NCBI GenBank assembly: GCA_046563655.1 | Contig: CM102285.1 | Coordinates: forward strand, 3,968,001 to 4,032,000 | DNA length: 64,000 nt | Reading direction: 5' to 3' | Origin: Yuukianura sp. NJ FZ-2021 | Taxonomy: Eukaryota | In this document: positions 49,993-62,118 of the stretch, in pieces | Layout of the letters: the number at the start of each line of letters is the position of its first letter | Numbering within the stretch: the stretch's first letter is position 1 | The notes under the pieces: generated by a model | Database searches by the model: none | Seen by the model: the letters and a program-made list of their open reading frames with translations, nothing else | What the model was told of the DNA's origin: nothing | Made by a program: the position numbers and the translations under genes

Positions 49993-50583
49993 TTATGAGT
50001 TTTGCATTGAGAGGCGCATTTGGGGTAAGGGCTGTGCAAAATGAAATGCTATGGAAATACGGAATTAAGACTAATGAATACGTAATTTAGTAGCTGCAAC
50101 ATGCAAGTATTTACAGCTTGTTCAGAAAATTGTCGCGTTTGTCTTACCATTAAAACTTTAAAGTTTAGCATTCAGTTCATATTCACCACTTTTGCTTCTA
50201 AAAAACAAACCAGTTATAGTGTCCAGTTCCCTTAGATAGGAACGGGAAGTGACATAATTATGCCACTTTTATACTACATTAATGTAGAAAAAACTCAACG
50301 TTCAGAATACAGTATAATTTTTTTCTAAACTTCACTTTAGCGTTTAATATAGAGCGATGACTTTTGACTTTTCTGTCTGGTTTTTTTTTTTTGCACTGAG
50401 GCCTCGTCAAATTAGTTATGAAATATTTTAAGATTTATGAGATTTATCAGTAAAAGTATGCAGTGTCAAAAATTAAACATTTATAATTTATTCGTGGAGT
50501 AGCCCAAGTTGGGATGTATTTAAAACATGAAATGTAGGAAGAGAATTGATATAAAACGTATCTAGAATTATAACACAGTTCAA

Positions 50584-52495
50584 ATGGCGAGGAACATGGC
50601 AAGAGACGAGAGTATTGAATTCAGTAAGTGGTAAACAAAAGAGTATCAAACAAATCTAGTATATGGAATTGTTAATCAATACTTATTACATTTTTTTCAT
50701 TTAATAATTAAACTATATTTTAGTTGAACCAGGACAGTGCTCATGGTGTTTTACTCTTCGCGGAGTTGCAATTTCAACTATCGTCGGGCTGGTGTTTACC
50801 GCAATTTTAGTTTTCGTTTTAGATTTAACAATAATTCTGAAACTCAATTATTGGCAACGCAGCCGCAGCTTTCTTGTTCAAGATGACGGCACTTTGGAAA
50901 TAGATCCTGGTCAAGGATATGGAAGATACTTGAATCATATTGACCTCAGTAATTTAGAAGTGAATGTTTCAACTTTGCAGAGGTCAATGGTCACAGGCAT
51001 GGGACTAGAAGTCATTCGCTTAAAAAATTTGAAATTCAATGGAAAACTTCGGAGAGGCTTCGGTGGTAAGGCTAAAAAGCTTGAGTATGAGGAAAAACTC
51101 AAAACTTAAAGAAAACTATTTAAACTATTTCTAACTTAGAAACTGGAGTTTTTCAACCGAATCTGACAGAGTTTTCACTTGAGTTGAATCAAACGATTGG
51201 TCCATCAGAAGAGTTTCAACTCGATGACTGCGACGAATGCATCGTCGAATCTTCAGGCATTTATGGATCATTGGATTTAATTCGTAACATTCGTTGCCTT
51301 CCTTCCATGTTATTTTACATCAACATGCAAATCACACCGTTAGGACTCGAATTGATGCCAATAATGACACAAGTGAACATTAATATATCTGTTCTCGGCC
51401 GTAATCTGCTGACCTTTCAGCCCGAAAACAAAACACTCGTAACAATGTTTCGTGAATGCGAGGCACCCATCGACCTCATCCGTAGTGCCAACAGTTCCGT
51501 TCAAATTCGAAAGTTAGCTTTCAGCAGTTGTATCAATTTGAGTGCAACGACTCTGAGGTATTGGCTCACATCCTGGAACGTTACAAGTTTGGTTCTAGAC
51601 GACGTCGAAGTGACTGGATTGGGTTGGGGTGACAGAATTTCTGAACTTTTTCAAAACGCTACATCACTTGAAGAACTAGTGATTAAGGGTGGACTGTTTA
51701 GAGAAATCAATTCCACCAGTGAACACAGGCGTTATGATGGTACTAGGGTGATAAAGCTGCATGATCTTCCAACATCGTTGAAAACATTAGTTTTGTCAAG
51801 TGTTGTCATGTTGCCCAGTGACAGACCATCGCAACTCAATCTTGAGTCGCTAATCTTAAACCAAGTGATCTTCCATGACAGTGAAACATTTACCAGCTTC
51901 CCGACGAAACTCAAATACAAAAATATTGCAGTCAGGCATCCATCGACGTGGCCTTGGTCATGTCTGTTTAATTCATTTCTTTTATTCATTAATTACTTTT
52001 TTTCAAAATATATTTTTATGTAAGAAGTTAATTTACATTTTAATTGTAGCACGATCAAGAGGACGCGATGACTATTCCTTAAAGGAAGAAGATAGTTACT
52101 CCAGGCTGTTTTCATTCTTTTACAAGATGATGGAGAGGGCACGCCGAATTTGGTTTGAACATCCATTTCATCGAATCCATGAAGATGAAGAGTCTTTTGT
52201 CAGCAGACATCCTGGAGAAGATGCACTGTACGAAGTTCCAGAACGTCACGCGGCTGAGCTGGATGCATGGAGAAGGTTATTCAAAAGAAAGGGAATTGAT
52301 GAGACGATTCTAATGAAATACTATCCAGCATTTACTTTTGTTAGAAATGAAAAGGTTTTCAAAGGTCGGCACTCCTGGAGATTTGAATTTGACAATACAA
52401 CTTCGTTTAGAAAAGACAATGCTGAAGTTTGGTTCCGATTTTTAAAAATGGGAACGTTTCTTAGAGAAGATTTATGGGACAAATTGGAATGGTAA
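50584..52495 (+). CDS. N-terminally membrane-anchored LRR-like protein, paralog 2
   Basis: Exons about 50584-50623, 50724-51065, 51140-about 51960 and 52050-52495. Shares QLDDCDECIV, IRCLPSMLFY, LGRNLLTFQP and MGTFLREDLWDK with paralog 1. The phase of the last intron is uncertain. Confidence 0.65.
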
Positions 52496-53960
52496 ATAAT
52501 AGTGACAACGAGCTTTTGTCATTTTACTCATGTTTTATGGAAATTTTCAAAATTTACAGTCTCACAATTCAAAAATTTAACTTCCAGTCTCGACCTGTAA
52601 TGTTAGGTGAACTTTTTTCATTTTGTGATTATAGTTTGTCTATTTTTAGAACGCAGCTTCATTTAGTTTTAATTAAAGTTCATTGTCCTTACGGACCTTT
52701 AACACAGAAATTATCAATTTTGTGAAATTTTGTATGTAAAATAAATGGAGAAAGTGTTTTTGAAAACCTGAGTTTTTCCATAAGCGTCACAATGGAAGCG
52801 AAGGAACGTCGAAAACAAAAATGTCTTCTAGAAATAGACAAACTATACGGAGAATAAGGGTATGTTAAGTAAACGTTTCAAAAAAATGTACGCTACAGAA
52901 GAATTTTTCCGAATTTTTGTAAGAAAGGTTCAACCTTCGCAAGAATTCCGAGCAAAGGTACAAGGAGTAAGTAAAATTAGTTGCCACTTACGAAAGAAGT
53001 AATCATGATGATTTAGTATTTATTAATTTTGTCGATATAGGCAAAACATGATCAATTTAATCAATCACCAAACTCTGGCTATTTGGAAGCGATATTCGAA
53101 TGTCATAAATATGAAACTATTCTGCTTTTAATGAAACAAGGTAATACCCTCTTCGTTCTTTATGGGTTTTTTCCTGCAACCCAGAGACTTTAACAAACCT
53201 TTCTTGTAGAAAACAACAAAAGTTAATTAAAGCGAAATGTGAGATTTCAGAAAATGAAATGCTAAATCACAAAACGAAACGAAGTTGTCATAAAGCAAGC
53301 CATTTGTTTGAAGGCAAATCTTTTGTCTTGACGTCCGATTCCCATTAAACTGAAGCCCCAATAAGAACGGAACGATATGGTGACTAAAAATAATAGAAAA
53401 ACTGAAAACATTAAATTTATTGGCAAATATACCATGTTCATTATTCAATATTAAGTATATTGCCCTTCACGTTCAACGCTGCCGATGATTTTGTGCTAAC
53501 TTCAAAGGTTAGGCAAATAATATGGTTGTTTTTTCTTGTGGTAACAGCAGTAAAGGCAACTTGCCTTGGCATAGTTCTGGTACAACGGCATATTTAGGCA
53601 TGGCGCGAGCCATATACAATATTTACATTCTAAGCAAAAGTAGAACTCGGATTCATTTTTTCTCATGCTCGGATTTCAGGTCACCTAGACTTCATTTCAA
53701 TGGCGTCTCTAGTCCTCTAAATTGACGTTGCTAAAAGTATGGGTAAAAGCACGAGTCAACGAAGTCGAGTCAATTGTATTATGGTCTAGTTAAAGCACAT
53801 CTGGGCACTGTCATGCAAAGGCATATTTAGGCATGGCGCGAGCCATATAAAATATTTACATTCTAAGCAAAAGTAGAACTCGGATTCATTTTTTCTCATT
53901 CTAAGCTAAAAGTATGGGTAAAAGCACGAGTCAACGAAGTCGAGTCAATTGTGTTATGGT

Positions 53961-55005
53961 CAGTGTTCCGTAAAAAGCGCTTTTTTAAAGTCGATGCTTT
54001 GCTTTTTGCTGTTTTTGCTTTTTATGCTTTAAAAGCAGCAAAATTGCTGTTAATGGGAGGGACGGGAGGTGACAGGTAAACAACTACAAAACAAACGAAG
54101 GAAGGAGGAACAAATTCTTCCTTTTTGTACTTGTATTGAGTTAGTATGTCTTTTTAAAAACCTTTCACTTGATTAACTTGCCAATTAATTGCTAAAAGTG
54201 AAGTGTAAGTGAGAATTGCAGCGAAGAACTCCAAATTCACGGGATCGGATTGGTGGAGACTTAGACAATAGTTTGATTTGAGTTCGTGTAGTTCATTTCC
54301 ATCTGCCAATGCCAATGTGGTATGCTCAAACCAAGTTTGACATAGAGTCTTATGCTGACAATCTACAGCCTCTAGTTCCATTTTCCAGTTCCTGTCGACA
54401 CTGGCACAGCTAAGGCCGGCACTGGCACAACAGGAATGGAAATGGAGTTAATTTGCGGTTGAAGGACAGTTAATTGGCTAGCGGTTTCTCGGTTACCTGT
54501 CGTGCCAGTGCCAGCGTTAGCTGTGCCAGTGTCGACAGGCCCTGGGGAAGATTCGCTGGCTCTTAGGGTGGTCACTTAAGGACTTTAGTGGTATGGACAT
54601 ACAGCGACTCAAACCAAATGTAAAAAATATCCAAATCGCCGTCCACAAATGACAGTTCATAAGACTACAAGCAAGCGATGATCTATAAGATCTATAAGTG
54701 TCTGGTAACGCCACTGGACTAGTCACTTTAATCATATGTTTGGTTTAGGTTTAGTTTAACACTAGAGAAACCGGGACACTAACTTTTACTTTATTTTTGG
54801 CAAATTTGACAATTTGAGTGCATTTAGTAAGTTCCCCCGAGTCCCTTGAAGCTGCGCGTTCTCTTGTTCACGTTGTCTTTGTTTACCAAAAAAAACAGCA
54901 AAATTTAAAAAAGCAAACTCGAAAAGCGCATGCTTGCTGGTTTTGCTTTAAAAGCAAAAAAAGCAAGCAAAAAAAGCATCTGCTTTAAAGCACCGCGGAA
55001 CATTG
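53961..55005. mobile_element. Non-autonomous hAT-type element in the satellite, copy 1
   Basis: Ends cagtgttccg / cggaacattg, with subterminal tttgc/gcaaa arrays. 8-bp TSD gttatggt / attatggt duplicates the satellite sequence attatggt. Confidence 0.85.
54391..54539. repeat. Nested 44-bp inverted repeat (MITE-like hairpin) inside the hAT-type element; also at about 56783-56931 and 61507-61655
   Basis: cctgtcgacactggcacagctaaggccggcactggcacaacagg pairs with cctgtcgtgccagtgccagcgttagctgtgccagtgtcgacagg. Confidence 0.85.
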
Positions 55006-56352
55006 ATTATGGTCTAGTTAAAGCACATCTGGGCACTGTCATGCAAAGGCATATTTAGGCATGGCGCGAGCCATATAAAATATTTACATTCTAAGCAAAA
55101 GTAGAACTCGGATTCATTTTTTCTCATGCTCGGATTTCAGGTCACCTAGACTTCATTTCAATGGCGTCTCTAGTCCTCTAAATTGACGTTGCTAAAAGTA
55201 TGGGTAAAAGCACGAGTCAACGAAGTCGAGTCAATTGTATTATGGTCTAGTTAAAGCACATCTGGGCACTGTCATGCAAAGGCATATTTAGGCATGGCGC
55301 GAGCCATATAAAATATTTACATTCTAAGCAAAAGTAGAACTCGGATTCATTTTTTCTCATGCTCGGGTTTCAGGTCACCTAGACTTCATTTCAATGGCGT
55401 CTGTAGTCCTCTAAATTGACGTTGCTAAAAGTATGGGTAAAAGCACGAGTCAACGAAGTCGAGTCAATTGTATTATGGTCTAGTTAAAGCACATCTGGGC
55501 ACTGTCATGCAAAGGCATATTTAGGCATGGCGCGAGCCGTATAAAATATTTACATTCTAAGCAAAAGTAGAACTCGGATTCATTTTTTCTCATGCTCGGG
55601 TTTCAGGTCACCTAGACTTCATTTCAATGGCGTCTGTAGTCCTCTAAATTGACGTTGCTAAAAGTATGGGTAAAAGCACGAGTCAACGAAGTCGAGTCAA
55701 TTGTATTATGGTCTAGTTAAAGCACATCTGGGCACTGTCATGCAAAGGCATATTTAGGCATGGCGCGAGCCATATACAATATTTACATTCTAAGCAAAAG
55801 TAGAACTCGGATTCATTTTTTCTCATGCTCGGATTTCAGGTCACCTAGACTTCATTTCAATGGCGTCTCTAGTCCTCTAAATTGACGTTGCTAAAAGTAT
55901 GGGTAAAAGCACGAGTCAACGAAGTCGAGTCAATTGTATTATGGTCTAGTTAAAGCACATCTGGGCACTGTCATGCAAAGCATATTTAGGCATGGCGCGA
56001 GCCATATACAATATTTACATTCTAAGCAAAAGTAGAACTCGGATTCATTTTTTCTCATGCTCGGATTTCAGGTCACCTAGACTTCATTTCAATGGCGTCT
56101 CTAGTCCTCTAAATTGACGTTGCTAAAAGTATGGGTAAAAGCACGAGTCAACGAAGTCGAGTCAATTGTATTATGGTCTAGTTAAAGCACATCTGGGCAC
56201 TGTCATGCAAAGGCATATTTAGGCATGGCGCGAGCCATATAAAATATTTACATTCTAAGCAAAAGTAGAACTCGGATTCATTTTTTCTCATTCTAAGCTA
56301 AAAGTATGGGTAAAAGCACGAGTCAACGAAGTCGAGTCAATTGTGTTATGGT

Positions 56353-57398
56353 CAGTGTTCCGTAAAAAGCGCTTTTTTAAAGTCGATGCTTTGCTTTTTG
56401 CTGTTTTTGCTTTTTATGCTTTAAAAGCAGCAAAATTGCTGTTAATGGGAGGGACGGGAGGTGACAGGTAAACAACTACAAAACAAACGAAGGAAGGAGG
56501 AACAAATTCTTCCTTTTTGTACTTGTATTGAGTTAGTATGTCTTTTTAAAAACCTTTCACTTGATTAACTTGCCAATTAATTGCTAAAAGTGAAGTGTAA
56601 GTGAGAATTGCAGCGAAGAACTCCAAATTCACGGGATCGGATTGGTGGAGACTTAGACAATAGTTTGATTTGAGTTCGTGTAGTTCATTTCCATCTGCCA
56701 ATGCCAATGTGGTATGCTCAAACCAAGTTTGACATAGAGTCTTATGCTGACAATCTACAGCCTCTAGTTCCATTTTCCAGTTCCTGTCGACACTGGCACA
56801 GCTAAGGCCGGCACTGGCACAACAGGAATGGAAATGGAGTTAATTTGCGGTTGAAGGACAGTTAATTGGCTAGCGGTTTCTCGGTTACCTGTCGTGCCAG
56901 TGCCAGCGTTAGCTGTGCCAGTGTCGACAGGCCCTGGGGAAGATTCGCTGGCTCTTAGGGTGGTCACTTAAGGACTTTAGTGGTATGGACATACAGCGAC
57001 TCAAACCAAATGTAAAAAATATCCAAATCGCCGTCCACAAATGACAGTTCATAAGACTACAAGCAAGCGATGATCTATAAGATCTATAAGTGTCTGGTAA
57101 CGCCACTGGACTAGTCACTTTAATCATATGTTTGGTTTAGGTTTAGTTTAACACTAGAGAAACCGGGACACTAACTTTTACTTTATTTTTGGCAAATTTG
57201 ACAATTTGAGTGCATTTAGTAAGTTCCCCCGAGTCCCTTGAAGCTGCGCGTTCTCTTGTTCACGTTGTTTTTGTTTACCAAAAAAAAACAGCAAAATTTA
57301 AAAAAGCAAACTCGAAAAGCGCATGCTTGCTGGTTTTGCTTTAAAAGCAAAAAAAGCAAGCAAAAAAAGCATCTGCTTTAAAGCACCGCGGAACATTG
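56353..57398. mobile_element. Non-autonomous hAT-type element in the satellite, copy 2
   Basis: Nearly identical to 53961-55005, with the same flanks. Confidence 0.85.
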
Positions 57399-60300
57399 AT
57401 TATGGTCTAGTTAAAGCACATCTGGGCACTGTCATGCAAAGGCATATTTAGGCATGGCGCGAGCCATATAAAATATTTACATTCTAAGCAAAAGTAGAAC
57501 TCGGATTCATTTTTTCTCATGCTCGGATTTCAGGTCACCTAGACTTCATTTCAATGGCGTCTCTAGTCCTCTAAATTGACGTTGCTAAAAGTATGGGTAA
57601 AAGCACGAGTCAACGAAGTCGAGTCAATTGTATTATGGTCTAGTTAAAGCACATCTGGGCACTGTCATGCAAAGGCATATTTAGGCATGGCGCGAGCCAT
57701 ATAAAATATTTACATTCTAAGCAAAAGTAGAACTCGGATTCATTTTTTCTCATGCTCGGGTTTCAGGTCACCTAGACTTCATTTCAATGGCGTCTGTAGT
57801 CCTCTAAATTGACGTTGCTAAAAGTATGGGTAAAAGCACGAGTCAACGAAGTCGAGTCAATTGTATTATGGTCTAGTTAAAGCACATCTGGGCACTGTCA
57901 TGCAAAGGCATATTTAGGCATGGCGCGAGCCGTATAAAATATTTACATTCTAAGCAAAAGTAGAACTCGGATTCATTTTTTCTCATGCTCGGGTTTCAGG
58001 TCACCTAGACTTCATTTCAATGGCGTCTGTAGTCCTCTAAATTGACGTTGCTAAAAGTATGGGTAAAAGCACGAGTCAACGAAGTCGAGTCAATTGTATT
58101 ATGGTCTAGTTAAAGCACATCTGGGCACTGTCATGCAAAGGCATATTTAGGCATGGCGCGAGCCATATAAAATATTTACATTCTAAGCAAAAGTAGAACT
58201 CGGATTCATTTTTTCTCATGCTCGGATTTCAGGTCACCTAGACTTCATTTCAATGGCGTCTCTAGTCCTCTAAATTGACGTTGCTAAAAGTATGGGTAAA
58301 AGCACGAGTCAACGAAGTCGAGTCAATTGTATTATGGTCTAGTTAAAGCACATCTGGGCACTGTCATGCAAAGGCATATTTAGGCATGGCGCGAGCCATA
58401 TAAAATATTTACATTCTAAGCAAAAGTAGAACTCGGATTCATTTTTTCTCATGCTCGGGTTTCAGGTCACCTAGACTTCATTTCAATGGCGTCTGTAGTC
58501 CTCTAAATTGACGTTGCTAAAAGTATGGGTAAAAGCACGAGTCAACGAAGTCGAGTCAATTGTATTATGGTCTAGTTAAAGCACATCTGGGCACTGTCAT
58601 GCAAAGGCATATTTAGGCATGGCGCGAGCCGTATAAAATATTTACATTCTAAGCAAAAGTAGAACTCGGATTCATTTTTTCTCATGCTCGGGTTTCAGGT
58701 CACCTAGACTTCATTTCAATGGCGTCTGTAGTCCTCTAAATTGACGTTGCTAAAAGTATGGGTAAAAGCACGAGTCAACGAAGTCGAGTCAATTGTATTA
58801 TGGTCTAGTTAAAGCACATCTGGGCACTGTCATGCAAAGGCATATTTAGGCATGGCGCGAGCCATATAAAATATTTACATTCTAAGCAAAAGTAGAACTC
58901 GGATTCATTTTTTCTCATGCTCGGATTTCAGGTCACCTAGACTTCATTTCAATGGCGTCTCTAGTCCTCTAAATTGACGTTGCTAAAAGTATGGGTAAAA
59001 GCACGAGTCAACGAAGTCGAGTCAATTGTATTATGGTCTAGTTAAAGCACATCTGGGCACTGTCATGCAAAGGCATATTTAGGCATGGCGCGAGCCATAT
59101 AAAATATTTACATTCTAAGCAAAAGTAGAACTCGGATTCATTTTTTCTCATGCTCGGATTTCAGGTCACCTAGACTTCATTTCAATGGCGTCTCTAGTCC
59201 TCTAAATTGACGTTGCTAAAAGTATGGGTAAAAGCACGAGTCAACGAAGTCGAGTCAATTGTATTATGGTCTAGTTAAAGCACATCTGGGCACTGTCATG
59301 CAAAGGCATATTTAGGCATGGCGCGAGCCGTATAAAATATTTACATTCTAAGCAAAAGTAGAACTCGGATTCATTTTTTCTCATGCTCGGGTTTCAGGTC
59401 ACCTAGACTTCATTTCAATGGCGTCTGTAGTCCTCTAAATTGACGTTGCTAAAAGTATGGGTAAAAGCACGAGTCAACGAAGTCGAGTCAATTGTATTAT
59501 GGTCTAGTTAAAGCACATCTGGGCACTGTCATGCAAAGGCATATTTAGGCATGGCGCGAGCCATATAAAATATTTACATTCTAAGCAAAAGTAGAACTCG
59601 GATTCATTTTTTCTCATGCTCGGATTTCAGGTCACCTAGACTTCATTTCAATGGCGTCTCTAGTCCTCTAAATTGACGTTGCTAAAAGTATGGGTAAAAG
59701 CACGAGTCAACGAAGTCGAGTCAATTGTATTATGGTCTAGTTAAAGCACATCTGGGCACTGTCATGCAAAGGCATATTTAGGCATGGCGCGAGCCATATA
59801 AAATATTTACATTCTAAGCAAAAGTAGAACTCGGATTCATTTTTTCTCATGCTCGGGTTTCAGGTCACCTAGACTTCATTTCAATGGCGTCTGTAGTCCT
59901 CTAAATTGACGTTGCTAAAAGTATGGGTAAAAGCACGAGTCAACGAAGTCGAGTCAATTGTATTATGGTCTAGTTAAAGCACATCTGGGCACTGTCATGC
60001 AAAGGCATATTTAGGCATGGCGCGAGCCGTATAAAATATTTACATTCTAAGCAAAAGTAGAACTCGGATTCATTTTTTCTCATGCTCGGGTTTCAGGTCA
60101 CCTAGACTTCATTTCAATGGCGTCTGTAGTCCTCTAAATTGACGTTGCTAAAAGTATGGGTAAAAGCACGAGTCAACGAAGTCGAGTCAATTGTATTATG
60201 GTCTAGTTAAAGCACATCTGGGCACTGTCATGCAAAGGCATATTTAGGCATGGCGCGAGCCATATAAAATATTTACATTCTAAGCAAAAGTAGAACTCGG

Positions 60301-61076
60301 ATTCATTTTTTCTCATGCTCGGATTTCAGGTCACCTAGACTTCATTTCAATGGCGTCTCTAGTCCTCTAAATTGACGTTGCTAAAAGTATGGGTAAAAGC
60401 ACGAGTCAACGAAGTCGAGTCAATTGTATTATGGTCTAGTTAAAGCACATCTGGGCACTGTCATGCAAAGGCATATTTAGGCATGGCGCGAGCCATATAA
60501 AATATTTACATTCTAAGCAAAAGTAGAACTCGGATTCATTTTTTCTCATGCTCGGATTTCAGGTCACCTAGACTTCATTTCAATGGCGTCTCTAGTCCTC
60601 TAAATTGACGTTGCTAAAAGTATGGGTAAAAGCACGAGTCAACGAAGTCGAGTCAATTGTATTATGGTCTAGTTAAAGCACATCTGGGCACTGTCATGCA
60701 AAGGCATATTTAGGCATGGCGCGAGCCATATACAATATTTACATTCTAAGCAAAAGTAGAACTCGGATTCATTTTTTCTCATGCTCGGATTTCAGGTCAC
60801 CTAGACTTCATTTCAATGGCGTCTCTAGTCCTCTAAATTGACGTTGCTAAAAGTATGGGTAAAAGCACGAGTCAACGAAGTCGAGTCAATTGTATTATGG
60901 TCTAGTTAAAGCACATCTGGGCACTGTCATGCAAAGGCATATTTAGGCATGGCGCGAGCCATATAAAATATTTACATTCTAAGCAAAAGTAGAACTCGGA
61001 TTCATTTTTTCTCATTCTAAGCTAAAAGTATGGGTAAAAGCACGAGTCAACGAAGTCGAGTCAATTGTGTTATGGT

Positions 61077-62118
61077 CAGTGTTCCGTAAAAAGCGCTTTT
61101 TTAAAGTCGATGCTTTGCTTTTTGCTGTTTTTGCTTTTTATGCTTTAAAAGCAGCAAAATTGCTGTTAATGGGAGGGACGGGAGGTGACAGGTAAACAAC
61201 TACAAAACAAACGAAGGAAGGAGGAACAAATTCTTCCTTTTTGTACTTGTATTGAGTTAGTATGTCTTTTTAAAAACCTTTCACTTGATTAACTTGCCAA
61301 TTAATTGCTAAAAGTGAAGTGTAAGTGAGAATTGCAGCGAAGAACTCCAAATTCACGGGATCGGATTGGTGGAGACTTAGACAATAGTTTGATTTGAGTT
61401 CGTGTAGTTCATTTCCATCTGCCAATGCCAATGTGGTATGCTCAAACCAAGTTTGACATAGAGTCTTATGCTGACAATCTACAGCCTCTAGTTCCATTTT
61501 CCAGTTCCTGTCGACACTGGCACAGCTAAGGCCGGCACTGGCACAACAGGAATGGAAATGGAGTTAATTTGCGGTTGAAGGACAGTTAATTGGCTAGCGG
61601 TTTCTCGGTTACCTGTCGTGCCAGTGCCAGCGTTAGCTGTGCCAGTGTCGACAGGCCCTGGGGAAGATTCGCTGGCTCTTAGGGTGGTCACTTAAGGACT
61701 TTAGTGGTATGGACATACAGCGACTCAAACCAAATGTAAAAAATATCCAAATCGCCGTCCACAAATGACAGTTCATAAGACTACAAGCAAGCGATGATCT
61801 ATAAGATCTATAAGTGTCTGGTAACGCCACTGGACTAGTCACTTTAATCATATGTTTGGTTTAGGTTTAGTTTAACACTAGAGAAACCGGGACACTAACT
61901 TTTACTTTATTTTTGGCAAATTTGACAATTTGAGTGCATTTAGTAAGTTCCCCGAGTCCCTTGAAGCTGCGCGTTCTCTTGTTCACGTTGTCTTTGTTTA
62001 CCAAAAAAAACAGCAAAATTTAAAAAAGCAAACGTGAAAAGCGCATGCTTGCTGGTTTTGCTTTAAAAGCAAAAAAGCAAGCAAAAAAGCATCTGCTTTA
62101 AAGCACCGCGGAACATTG
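61077..62118. mobile_element. Non-autonomous hAT-type element in the satellite, copy 3
   Basis: Nearly identical to 53961-55005, with the same flanks. Confidence 0.85.

Noticed and set aside
52792..53230. Possible multi-exon gene remnant before the satellite
   Set aside because: Early in-frame stop and no recognisable protein motif.
54154..54735. Three short minus-strand ORFs repeated at 56546-57127 and 61270-61851
   Set aside because: They lie inside the non-autonomous element and its hairpin, show no transposase or other motif, and recur only because the DNA is duplicated.
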